From positions 29,488,822-29,528,788 of the forward strand of contig NC_057719.1 in the NCBI RefSeq assembly GCF_004010195.1: a stretch of DNA of 39,967 nucleotides, given 5' to 3'. Made by a program: the position numbers and the translations under genes. Source of the stretch: Chiloscyllium plagiosum. Its lineage: Eukaryota. Within the stretch, counting starts at the first letter, position 1, and each line of letters opens with the position of its first letter. The notes beneath the pieces were generated by a model, which worked only from the letters and a program-made list of their open reading frames with translations, had not been told where the DNA came from and ran no database searches. This document shows positions 26,262 to 37,944 of the stretch, piece after piece.

Positions 26262-26600
26262 AGTGACTTGCAGTAATGTCACTGGTCTAGCAACCCAGAA
26301 TCCCATGCTATTGTTCTAGGAATATGAGTTTGAATCCCACCATAGCAAATGACGGAATTTGAGTTGGTAATTCAGATAAAAACCTGGAATTCAAAGCTAC
26401 CTTAATGGTACCATGTAACAGTGGATTGTTGTAAAAATCAATCTGATTCACTAATGTCCTTCAGTAAGGAAGTCTGCCATCCTCACCTAGTCTGGTCTAC
26501 CTGTGACCACAGACCCATAACAATGTCAATGACTCCTAAATTTGGGATGAGTAATAAACAATGACCCAGCTAGCAATATCCATATTCCATGAACAAATAA
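26262..26600 (+). mobile_element. DeuSINE/SacSINE1-like SINE, decayed
   Basis: Shares ACTAATGTCCTTCAG…CTGCCATCCT…CCT…TCTGG.CTAC.TGTGAC with the copy at 9575-9835. Confidence 0.55.
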
Positions 26601-26671
26601 AACAACAAGCCTCGAAGATTGACTTACTGTAATCATAATATCAAACATGATCAAAACGTTTCACACATTCT

Positions 26672-27475
26672 TAGAGTCATAGAGATGTACAGCATGGAAA
26701 CAGACCCTTCGGTCCAGCCTGTCCATGCCGACCAGATATCCCAACACAATCTAGTCCCACCTGCCAGCACCCGGCCCATATCTCTCTAAACCCTTCCTAT
26801 TCATATACCCATCCAAATGCCTCTTAAATGTTGCAATTGTACCAGCCTCCACCACATCCTCTGGCAGCTCATTCCATACNNNNNNNNNNNNNNNNNNNNN
26901 NNNNNNNNNNNNNNNNNNNNNNNNNNNNNNNNNNNNNNNNNNNNNNNNNNNNNNNNNNNNNNNNNNNNNNNNNNNNNNNNNNNNNNNNNNNNNNNNNNNN
27001 NNNACCAATAAAGGAAAGCATACCAAACGGCTTCTTCACTATCCTATCAAGCTGCGACTCCACTTTCAAGAAGCTATGAACCTGCACTCCAAGGTCTCTT
27101 TGTTCAACAACACTCCCTAGGACCTTACCATTAAATGTATAAGTCCTGCTAAGATTTGCTTTCCCAAAATGCAGCACCTCGCATTTACCTGAATTAAACT
27201 CCATCTGCCACTTCTCAGCCCATTGGCCCATCTGGTCCAGGTCCTGTTGTAATCTGAGGTAACCCTCTTCACTGTCCACTACACCTCCAATTTTGGTGTC
27301 ATCTGCAAACTTACTAACTGTACCTCTTATGCTCACATCCAAATCATTTATGTAAATACCAAAAAGTAGAGGACCCAGCACTGATCCTTGTGGCACTCCA
27401 CTGGTCACAGGCCTCCAGTCTGAAAAACACCCTCCACCACCACCCTCTGTCTTCTACCTTTGAGCCAGTTCTGTA
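26672..27475 (-). mobile_element. CR1 LINE 3' fragment spanning an assembly gap
   Basis: TSGVPQGSVLGPLLFGIYINDLD…SKFADDTKIGG RT motif. Confidence 0.92.
26880..27003. other. Assembly gap (124 N)
   Basis: Run of N characters. Confidence 1.
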
Positions 27476-27559
27476 TCTCTAAACCTGACACAAACACTAT
27501 TCTTTCAAAATATACTTTATTTCCAATCCATCTGTGCCTCACAGTTATTAGTTGCAATT

Positions 27560-28865
27560 TGATAGCACAGCATTTAGAGCTATATAATATGATCGGGCAG
27601 AATCAGCATGGCTTCACAAAGGAGAAATTATGCATGCCAAATTTACTAAAATTCTTTGAGAAGGTATCAAGCTGGATTGGTTATGGGGAAGTAGTGGACC
27701 TAATACATTTGGATTTTCAGAAGGCATTTGATGATACAATATCACAGACTAGGCTACTTCATAATGGTGTTGCAGGTAGTAATTAACATAGACAGAAGAC
27801 TGGCTAATGTATAAGACAAGACTCAGAATAAGAGGAGTATTTTCAGCAATGGCAACCTGGAATGAGTGATCTGCAATAGGGATCACTGCTGTGCTCAAAA
27901 TTACTTGCAATACAGGTATATGTTGATGACCCAGATGAGGAAATTGAACACACGATGGCCAGATTTGCAAATGATGCAAAAACAGGTGGGAAGGTAAATG
28001 ATGAGGATGACACAAGGAGTCTGCAGAGGGATATAGATAGGTGATGGGTGGACAAAAATTTGGCAGATGGAATATAATGTGGTGAACTTTGAAGTTATCT
28101 ATTTTTGGCAGGAAGAATATAGGAGTGAATATTTAAATGGAGAAAAACTGCAGAAACCTACAGAGCAGAGGGACTTGGGAGTCCTTGTCCATGAGGCACA
28201 AAAAGGTAGCATTCACATTCAGCAGATAATAGCAGAAGACAAATGGAATCAAGCCTTAATTTCAAAGGAAATGGAGTATAAAAGTAGAGAGGTTTTATTA
28301 AAACTATGCAAGGCACTTGTCAGTCCACAGCTGGATTACTGTGAATATCTGTGTACCACTTATCTAGGGAAAGCTATACTGTCATTGGAGGCAATCCAGA
28401 CAAGATTCACCAGTTTAGTACCAAATACGGAGGGAGGAGAGATTGATTATGTTGGGCTTGAACTCACCAGAATTGAGAAGAATAACTGTGACTTTATTAA
28501 AACATACAGGTTTTGGGGGACTTGACAGGGTAGTTGTGGCAACTTTTCCCTTACGGGAGAATCTAGGACCAGAGGGCATAATCTCAGAACATGGAGTCGC
28601 ACATTTAAGTTAGAGATGAGAAGGAATTTCTTCTCTCAGAAGATAGTGAATCTTTGGAATTTTTTACTACAGAGGGCTCTCAAGGCTGGATCATCAAGTA
28701 TATTCAGGGTTGAGATAGATTTTTAATCAATGAGGGAATCAAGGGTTATAGCAAAAAGATAGGAAAGTGGGGTTCAGAATGATCAGATCAGACATGATCT
28801 CGTTGAATAGTGGCACAGGCTTGCTGGGTTGAATGCCATTCTGCTCCTAAACCTTACAGCCTTAT
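27560..28865 (+). mobile_element. Decayed CR1 LINE RT and 3' end
   Basis: NQHGFTKEK, LDFQKAFD and RDLGVLVHE pieces, followed by a CR1 3'UTR. Confidence 0.85.
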
Positions 28866-29786
28866 ACTATGCTTTTTATCCATTGTTTATGTGACAGTCT
28901 GGGTATTGCAGCTCCCCCATAGAAAGGTGAAAACCACAATTTCCATGATGACTCTCACCATATGACATTTCCATTTGCCTCACCAGAGTTGAAGATCCTC
29001 AGCATCCAAGCCTGGAAAGAATGTTTAAGCAAAACCCAAGGCCAGCCTATAATGGTTGAAAGCTCTTACATCTATTTTATAGAAAGAGAGGAGTAGGTAA
29101 TTTGGCCCTGCTTCACCATTCATTATGGTAAAAGTTGATTAGCCAACTCCAAAAATTAAACATTCTAGAGGTTAAATTACAGTACTGAGAAACTTAACCA
29201 GAAACCTCCTTTTCTATTTTGTCTTTTCCAATCCCCTTTAATTTTGGAGGGTATTCTTCACAAGTGTCAATATCTGTAGATATTCAGCCATATATGCATA
29301 ATTTGGAGATATAATGGTCAAGGAAGCCCAATTTCCATTCAAATGCAGTTTAGTTGACTTCACTAAAAAGCAGTCAAGATGCAGAATCTAGACTTAATTT
29401 TCCTTCCTTACCCAATAGTCTGGGATCAATTTCAGCATCTCTACTTTTATGTTGGTTGAGATCAAAACACTAAGCAAAATCTAAGGATGAACATGGAATG
29501 CTAATGTTCTGCAAATCTCAGCTATAACAAGCAATTGAGGAACCAGTTAATGTGTTTACATACCAACTAGAAAGCATCTTGAATTGCCTAGTGATATAAT
29601 AATTAATGTAAGTTTGCCAATTGCTTGACATTTATAGAAATGAATCACACCTAATATGTTTTCAAAATAACTATGATCTAATTTAAGTTTCATTTGCCTG
29701 ATTCACTCTCTGTAAGGTACAAAACTTACATGAGCCAAGAGGACTTGGGAAGTAGCCAATGCTTTGGTTTACTACTAAAGCTTAAC

Positions 29787-29995
29787 AGGGGTTAGTTAGC
29801 TCACCTAATAGCTAGCTGGCTTGAGATGCAGAGAACCCATTGGCATGGATTCAATTTGCATATTGGCCGAGGTTACCAGCCCCAATGTTTTGGCTTGTCT
29901 GAGGCTTGGTGATCCTCAGATTAAGAAACCACCAGTCATCTCTCTCGCTAATGAGATAGTAACCCTATGACCCAGTAGCACAATGGCGACTTTAT
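29787..29995 (+). mobile_element. Old tRNA-derived SINE (resembles the UCON3-type SINE, from memory)
   Basis: Head GGTTAGTTAGCTCA…GGATTCAATT, then CTGAGGCTTGGTGATCCTCAGATTAAGAAACCACCAGTC…ATGGCGACTTT. The family assignment is unverified. Confidence 0.4.
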
Positions 29996-30456
29996 CTAAA
30001 GCTGAACTGACAAAAGTTGGAAATAAGTATTGCACTACTCTTGTACTGTTGAGGGTAATGGCAACAGCTACTTAAGATTGAACCCAAACTTTCTGAGCAC
30101 TCAGATCCCATCACTGAAACAGGGTAGCTTGTCAACAACCGATATAACCGTTACAAGTTCAGGATCTGCTGTAGATTACCTTGTTGAGTACAATACTTAA
30201 CTTAAAAAACCTTAAGTTTTCCAATAAACTAGATATCTTTACCAGACAAAGGAGACATGCATTAACATACATTTAAGTCATGTCATTCGGAGCTACGCTC
30301 CAAGTGAAAATCGGTATTGTAAATCAAAATTATACACGGAGGTCGACAATTTCATTGCAGTCCGGATAAGAGTAGGCAACAGGTTAATCACACGATTCTC
30401 GCAGATTGTATTTCACCAACATGAAGCAGCCCTAGTAAAGGGCAGACTGGCCTTAC

Positions 30457-30720
30457 GGCTCAGTGGCCACTCTCGATGCCGTCGCTGCCGTGAACCCTCC
30501 CCTTCTCACCGCTACACGTTTCTATGGCACAGACCGTAAACAGTCAACACCGAACATACACAGATCGTTAAAATACCTCCGACAACTGCGCCGGACTCCC
30601 GCTCCGTTTCCTCCCGGACTGGCTCCCGACATTAAACACCAACGACTGCACCGTCCCCCGGACATTTTACACATTGGCCACTTAGCCAAGAATGCTGCCG
30701 CCAACGCGCATGTGCCTGAC
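30457..30720 (-). other. PCNX4: Probable non-coding first exon (5'UTR) of PCNX4; the transcription start is approximate
   Basis: CpG-rich non-repeat segment ending in a donor-like GCC|GTAAGG at 30457/30456. The first coding exon has a splice acceptor upstream of its ATG, so an upstream exon is required. Confidence 0.55.
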
Positions 30721-30780
30721 CTCTCACCACCTGCTCGATGACGTCATCAAGCGTGCGGGCGCCTGCGCCAGCGTCAGACT
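30700..30780 (-). promoter_or_regulatory. CpG-rich promoter with a CRE palindrome and NRF1-like sites
   Basis: GATGACGTCATC 12-bp palindrome containing TGACGTCA (30737-30748). CGCGCATGTGC (30705-30715) and GCGCCTGCGC (30759-30768) resemble the NRF1 consensus. Half-CRE GCGTCA at 30771-30776. CpG density is high relative to the surroundings. Confidence 0.7.
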
Positions 30781-30819
30781 CTGGCCATTACAATCTTGGG
30801 GAAACGTGTGAGTATCTGA

Positions 30820-30894
30820 GTTGGACTATAACCTGGTGTTGTGTGATTTCTAACTTTGTACACCCCAGTCCAATACCGGCATCTCCGAATCATG
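30820..30894 (+). mobile_element. Short PLE-terminus fragment immediately upstream of the promoter
   Basis: GTTGGACTATAACCTGGTGTTGTGTGA…CACCCCAGTCCAA.ACC.GCATCTCC.AATCATG is highly similar to 19424-19494. Confidence 0.65.
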
Positions 30895-31074
30895 ATTTTT
30901 AGAGTAGTAATGTTTTAAACTACATAGTGTTAAGTAACTTCACTGGTGTATTCCCTTTTCAGATTTTATTTCTCTCTACCCCCCCCCATTATAACTTATA
31001 ACATTTGTAAAGTTTATTCAGCGGTCATGGGATTCATTGACATTGATTACTTGTCCCCTCCCATCTCCAATTGA

Positions 31075-31955
31075 CCTTGCAAAGGTGGTGGTAGACATTA
31101 CAAAAAACACCTTTGACCACAAGTCCATCAGGAAGTGGTCAGCCCGTAGTGTCCTTGAGAACCTTCGGGAAAAGGAGAGGACGGATCCTTTTGAGCGGTT
31201 CCCTGGGCAGCCTATCAAAGTCATTTGGCAGAACGCTTCATCACCAGAACTTTCAAACAAGCACCAAGACATGGCTTGGCTGGTGGTGAGAAGGGCTCTG
31301 CTGGTGAGATCCTTTATGCAGGCCCGGATTCTCTGCCCCACCACATGCTGCCCTCGAAACGGCTATGGAGGGGACAAGACTGTCACACACCTCCTTCTGG
31401 AATCTGCCTATGCAAAGGAAGTCTGGAGGGGAATGCAATGGTGTTTGTTGAGGTTCGTCCCGAGCAGCTTTGTGACGCACACAGCTCCATGCTGTACGGT
31501 CTGTTGCCTGGGGCGCACACCGAGACGAACATCAACTGTGCCTGGAGGATCGTCAACTCGGTGAAAGTTGCTCTTTGGTCTGTCCGAAACCTGTTGATCT
31601 TCCAGCTGAAGGAGTTGACCCCGACTGAGTGTTGCAGACTGGCACATTCCAAAGTCCAGGACTATGTGTTGAGGGATGCGCTGAAGCTTGGGGCAGCTGC
31701 CGCCAAGGCACGGTGGGGAAAGACCACCATGTAAGGTCTGCCTGCCTAAGAAGAACAGGGCGCCCACTCAGTAATTGTGCTCCGCTGACGCCTCAGCAGA
31801 ATATCTGGGTAGTCAATGTACAGATTTGAACATAAGAATGATTAATTCTGATCTCTGTATGTAAAGAAATGGAATGTATACGTATGTATGGCATCATCAA
31901 TTGTATAGAAATCTAAATAATTTTATGAATAAAGTATATTTTTGAAATTAAAAAA
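31075..31955 (+). mobile_element. Tx1/L1-clade LINE 3' fragment
   Basis: C-terminal zinc-binding-like CCPRNGYGGDKTVTHLLLES…W, ORF end at 31734, and AATAAA plus an A-rich tail at 31929-31955. Confidence 0.8.
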
Positions 31956-31964
31956 TTACAAAAA

Positions 31965-32820
31965 CATTGTGATTCTTCTCTGACCACTGTCTCCTGCTGG
32001 CTGACTGTCACCTACAGGACAAGCAGTTGGCTGGTAAGGGAATGTGGAAGCTGAACACAAAGTTGTTGATCCCAGGAAACATTGAGCAGCTGAAGAGGCA
32101 TTATGCAGGTTTGAGAACTATGAAGCCCCTCTTTGAGTCTCCAGTGGACTGGTGGGAAACTGTAAAAGGGAACATCAAGAGGTTCTTCTTCCTCAAAGGT
32201 GTTCAGGAGGCGAGACAGAGGCGGGGAAACTGTCCAAACTCCAGGAAAGTATGCAGAATTGCTCCTGCTGCAGACGATGGGGGTTAATGTCACAGAGGAC
32301 CTCCAGGAGATGAAGGGCCAGCAAGCCTCGCTCTTTGCCTCAGAGGCCTCCAAGGTATTCTTCCAGTCTAAGGTCCGCTCTGTGGAGCAGGATGAGAGGT
32401 GCCCACATTTCTTTTTCCAGAAGGTGCACGAGGAGAACTCTGTGCTCAGCAGCCTGAAGGAAGATGGCTCAGTATCGTCATCTTAGGCTGACATCATGAG
32501 GATCAGCAAATTTTTCTATGCCAGTCTGTGTGACTCAAAGCCAATTGACAGCGTGGACTCCCCGTCATTCCTGTCCTTTATCACTGAGGAGTAGACGACA
32601 GAACATGGGAGACATTGAACCAGCAGCTATCTCTGGATGAGCTGACCAAGGACCTTGAGTCCTTTGAAAAGAATAAAACTCCTGGAAGTGACAGCTTACC
32701 GGTCGAGTTCTAATCTGCTCTATGGGATTTGATTGCCAGGACCTGCTGGAAGTGTATGTCATAATGCTTCTGGCAGGTACCATGAGCAAATCGATGAGGA
32801 AAGGCATCATCACCCTCATC
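31965..32820 (+). mobile_element. Tx1/L1-clade LINE ORF2 internal fragment (end of endonuclease to start of RT)
   Basis: SDHCLLLADC…GKGMWKLN, FFFQKV and KTPGSDSLPVEF pieces with stops and frameshifts. Confidence 0.75.
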
Positions 32821-32859
32821 TTTTATTTCTTTCTTATCTTTCTTTTTCATACATGTTTA

Positions 32860-35570
32860 AGTGCATTGTTTGGTTTTAGTTAGTTCATATAAAGCCAAGT
32901 TTACAATGGCAGGGGACCTCAGACCAGTGGCATATGCCTCTTGCTTGATGTGGGAGCTTAGGAACGTGTCTGACGTTCCTGACTCTTACACTTGCAAGAA
33001 GTGTGTCCAGCTGCAGCTCTTGTTTGACTGCATGACGGCTATGGAGCTGCGGATGAACTCACTATGGAGCATCCGCGATGCTGAAGAGGTCGTGGATAGC
33101 ATGTTTAGTGATCTGGTCACACCGCAGGTTAGAATTGCTGAGGGAGACAGTGAATGGGTGACCAAAAGACAGAAAAAGAGTAGGAAGGTGGTGCATGTGT
33201 CCCCTGCGGTCATTTCACTCCAAAACAGGTATACCGTTTTGGATACTGTTGGGGGAGATGGCTCACCAGGAGAGGGCAGCAATTGCCAGGATCATGGCAC
33301 CGTGGCGGGCACTGCTGTTCAGAATGGCGGGAAAAAGACTCGTAGGGCCATAGTCATAGGAGATTCTATTGTGACGGAAGTAGATAGGCGGTTCTGTGGC
33401 CAAAAACAGGACTCCCGGATGGTATGTTGCCTCCCAGGTGCTCGGATCAGGGATGTCACCGATCGGCTGCAGAGCATTCTGAAAGGGGAAGGTGAACAGT
33501 CAGTTGTCTTGGTGTATATTGGCACCAACAATATAAGTAACAAATGAGTTGAGGTCCTGAAAGAAGAATTCAGGGAGCTAGGAGAGAAGTTAAAGAGGAG
33601 GACCTCAAAGGTAGTGATCTCGGGATTACTACCAGTGCCATTTGCTAGCCAGCGTAGAAATGAAAAATAGGCAGGATGAACACGTGGCTTGAGAGATGGT
33701 GTAGGATTGAGGGGTTCAGATTTGTTGGATATTGGGACTGGTTCTGGATGGTCCACATCTGAACCAGACCGGAACCAATGTCGTTGGGGGGTTTTTGTTA
33801 CAGCTGTTGGGGAGGTTTTAAATTAATGTGGCAGGGGACTGGGAACCAGAAGAGAAAACAAGTAGGCAGCGAGATGGAGACTGTAAGAATCATGAAGATA
33901 GCATTAATAAAGGGAAGAGTAGGCAGAGAGCAGATGGGCACAAAAGAACAGATGGCCTGAAATGCATCTACTTTAATGCGAGGAGTATAGTGTGTAAGGC
34001 TGATGAACTTAGGGCTTGGATTGGTGCCTGAGAGTATGACGTTATTGCAATCACACAGACTTGGTTGAAGGAAGGGCATGATGATTGGCAACTAAATGTT
34101 CCAGGATATAGACATTTTAGACAGGAGAGGGAGGGAAGTAAAAGGGAGGTGGGGGGGGGGGGTGGTGGAGTTGCATTGCTGGTCAGGGATGATATCACGG
34201 CTGTGGTAAAGGAGGACATTATGGACGTCTTGGGTAATGCGGCATTATGGGTGGAGCTGAGAAATAAGAAAGGTGCAGTTACATTGTTGGGGCTGTATTA
34301 CAGGCCTCCTAACAGTGAGCATGAGGTAGAAGAACAAATAGGTAAACGGATTATGGAAAGATGTAGAGGCAATAGGGTTGTGGTGATGGGAGATTTTAAT
34401 TTTCCCAACATTGACTGGGATACACTTAGCATTAGAGGTCTGGATGGGGTAAAATTTGTAAGAAGCATCCAGGAGAGTTTTCTAGAGCAGTATGTCAATA
34501 GTCCAATGAGGGAAGGAGCCATGGGTGAGAGAATGGGTGAGATTCTGAATGATTACTTTGCATCAGTGTTCACTGAGGAGAGGAACATGATGAATCTTGA
34601 GATTAGAGATAGAAGTTTGATTAGTCTGGATCACGTTGACATATGTAGGGAGGATATGTTGGGTAGGTTAGAGGTTATTAAGGTGGACAAACCCCCAGGA
34701 CTGGATGGGATCTATCCCAGGTTGCTGAGGGAGGTGAGAGAGGAAATAGCTGGGGACCTTACAGTCATCTTTGTGGCATCCTTAAATACAGGTGAGGTGC
34801 TGGAGGACTGAAAGGTTGCTCATGTTGTCCCCCTGTACAAGAAGGGTAGTAGGGATATTCTGGGTAAGTACAGACCAGTGAGCCTGATGTCAGTGGTGGG
34901 AAAGTTGCTGGAGAGGGTACTGAGGGATAAGCCCATTCTTTTCTAAATATAAATAGAGCCTATCAGTGATAGGCAACATGGTTTTGTGCGGGGGAGATCG
35001 TGCCTTATCAACTTAATAGAGGTTTTTGAGGAAGTGACCAAGTTGATAGCTGAAGGAAGGGCTGTTGATGTCATATGCATGGGCATTAGTAAGGCATTTG
35101 ATAACGTTCCCAATGGTAGACAAATGGAGAAAGTGAAGTTCTATCTAGGTGGTTAAAGAGCGTTGAGCAACAGGAGACAGAGAGTAGTAGTTGAAGGGAG
35201 TTTTCAAAGTTTGTGCGAAGATTTGTAGCTTGGGTGCTCGTTGCTGTGGTTCTGTTCGCCGAGCTGGAAGTTTTTGTTGCAAACGTTTCGTCCCCTGGCT
35301 AGGCAACATCATCAGTGCTTGGGAGCCTCCTGCGAAGGGAGTTTCTCGAAATGGAGAAAGGTGACCAGTGGTGTTCCACAGGGGTCAGTGTTGGTGCTAC
35401 TGTTGTTTCTAATATACATAAATGATCTGGGAGAGGGCACTGCTTGTAAGATCAGCAAGTTTGCAGATGACACGAAGATTGGTGGAGTAGCAGAAAGCAT
35501 AAGAGACTGTCAAAGAATACAGGAGGATATAGATAGACTGGAGAGTTGGGCGGAAAAATGGCAGATGGAT
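32860..35570 (+). mobile_element. CR1 LINE with ORF1 (ATG at 32906; Cys motif and SGNH esterase) and a broken ORF2 (APE and RT, internally deleted)
   Basis: ORF1: CKKCVQL, LQNRYTVL, IVIGDSIV, CLPGARI, IGTN. ORF2: YFNARSI, GGGVALLV, YYRPPN, MGDFN, PGLDGIYPR, SGVPQGSVL, KFADDTK. Confidence 0.92.
35204..35333 (-). mobile_element. 130-bp solo Penelope terminus carrying a hammerhead motif (35279-35318)
   Basis: 11-bp direct repeat GAAGGGAGTTT (35193-35203 and 35334-35344). The minus strand reads GCA CTGATGA T GTTGCC TAGCCA GGGGAC GAA ACGT T TGC. Confidence 0.8.
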
Positions 35571-36298
35571 CAGAGTTTGGGAGAAGATTTGTAGCTCGGG
35601 TGCTCGTTGTTGTGGTTCTGTTCGCCGAGCTGGGAATTTGTATTGCAGACGTTTTGTCCCCTGTCTCGGTGACATCCTCAGTGCTTGGGAGCCTCCTGTG
35701 AAGCGCTTCTGTGATGTTTCCTCCAGCATTTATAATGATTTGTACCTGCCGCTTCCGGTTGTCAGTTCCAGCTGTCCGCTGCAGTGGCCGGTATATTGGG
35801 TCCAGGTCGATGTGCTTATTGATTGAATTTGTGGATGCCTCTAGGAATTCCCTGGCTGTTCTCTGTTTGGCTTGTCCTATAATAGTAGTGTTGTCCCAGT
35901 CAAACTCATGTTGCTTGTCATCTGCATGTGTGGCTACTAAGGATAGCTGGTCGTGTCATTCCGTGGCTAGTTGGTGTTCATGGATGCGGACCGTTAGCTG
36001 TATTCCTGTTTGTCCTATGTAGTATTTTGTGCAGTCCTTGCATGGGATTTTGTACACTACATTGGTTTTGCTCATGCTGGGTATCGGGTCCTTCGTCCTG
36101 GTGAGTTGTTGTCTGAGAGTGGCTGTTGGTTTGTGTGCTGTTATGAGTCCTAGTGGTCGCAGTAGTCTGGCTGTCAGTTCAGAAAAATGTTTTTGATGTA
36201 TGGTAGTGTGGCTAGTCCTTTGGGTTGTGGCATGTCCTCATTCCGTAGTCTTTCCCTTAGGCATCTGTTGATGAAATTGCAGGGGTATCCGTTTCTTC
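35570..36298 (-). mobile_element. Penelope element inverted arm: GIY-YIG endonuclease C-terminus and terminus
   Basis: The minus strand reads NGYPCNFINRCL…LPYIKN…NVVYKIPCKDCTKYYIGQTG…IHEH…FDWDNTTIIG. A degenerate hammerhead lies at 35645-35684. Confidence 0.88.
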
Positions 36299-37944
36299 CA
36301 AACTTTGAACACCTACAGGCGAGAGACGCTAAGACAAGCCAGGAAATGGTAATCCTGTGCCAAACGCCTAAGCGCCACATACGAACAACTCCGGTTCCTG
36401 CACGAATGCCGAAAGAATCGAATCCTTCCACCATGTGTCAGATACAGACCACCAGTCAACAACCCACAAGCCAGGGACACAGCCAGACAGAATGGATTCA
36501 GGATGATCCAGGTAATGATTACAGACGCACACAACAGACTTCACAAATACAGACAAGAAATTGCGCGCCAAAAATCGTTAATTTCAAAAACCACCAATCA
36601 GGAATGGACCCGGACCATAGAACAGGCTGTCACCATAGGACAGAACAGGACCACACACCGCAAAAAAATGGCACTAAAAGAAAAAATGGCCAAACTAACA
36701 CACAACAGAGAGGACACCACAACACACACCTGGATTAGAAACCTCTCCCACAGACAGCTCACAGAGCGGAAAGAACAATACTGGCTAAGGAACTCAACTA
36801 CAACCACAGGGACACCAAGACAGCAGACTTCCTAGCAGCACTAGAATGCACACTCAGAAACAATGGACTGACAGAAGAGACACAACAAACAGTGAGACAA
36901 AGTATCATACCCATGATAACAAGGAAAAGACAAACACATAACCTCAACACCAAGGAGAGGGAAGCACTAAAAGCACTAAGAAACGAGAAGAACATAATCA
37001 TACTACCAGCAGACAAAGGCAGAATGACGGTCATCCTGGACAAAGCAGAGTACATCCAAAAAGCGCAACAACTACTTGCAGATACCAACACCTACCAAAA
37101 GAGGGAGTTTGACCCCAGGCCACAGCTCGCCAATAGGATAAACAACACACTGAGGAACCTACAAAAAAACGGACAGATAACCAGGTTTGACCTAGAGAGA
37201 ATGAAACCTGAAAGCAACAACACCCACCGATTCTATGGACTACCTAAAGTGCACAAATCAAACATCCCATTCAGACCCATAGTATCACTACCAGGGACAC
37301 CATCACACAAACTGGCTAAAGAACTACAGCAGAAACTGAAACACCTGATCAGCGGATCCAGACACTCTATACAGTTAACACAGGAATTCTTGAACATCAT
37401 CAGAAATATACACATAGACAAGGAAGAAACTATAGTCTCATTCGATGTAATGGCACTGTTCACCTCTATCGACAAAACCCTAGCCAGAGAAACAATAGCC
37501 AACCTGCTGGATATACAGAACAGACAACAAGACGGGGAACCTATCAACAAAGACTGCATACTCAAACTACTGGACCTGTGCCTCACAACACACTTCACAT
37601 TCAACAACCAAATATATGAACAAATCAACGGCACACCCATGGGCTCACCCATCTCTGGACTCATAGCAGAAGCGGTAATGCAAAGGTTAGAACAAACAGT
37701 CTTACTGCAAATTCAACCCAAACTCTGGGTCAGACATGTAGATGATACCTTTGTAATCATTAAAAACACAGAAATAGAGAACACACACCGGATCATCAAC
37801 GCCACACTCACAGGAATCCGATTCACTAGAGAGGAAGAAAAGGACAACCAACTCCCATTCCTAGACGTGATGGTACAGAGAACACCTAACGGAGAATTCA
37901 CCACAAAGGTATACAGGAAAGCCACGTACACAGACCAAGTCCTG
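36299..37944 (+). mobile_element. Penelope-like element N-terminal region and reverse transcriptase (open from 36892, frameshifted upstream, truncated downstream)
   Basis: PLE RT motifs PADKG, FYGLPKVHK, RPIVS, VSFDVMALFTSI, GTPMGSPIS, WVRHVDDTF, LPFLDV and VYRKAT. Confidence 0.92.

Noticed and set aside
32861..33547. Stand-alone esterase gene
   Set aside because: It is CR1 ORF1, prematurely stopped and directly followed by CR1 ORF2.
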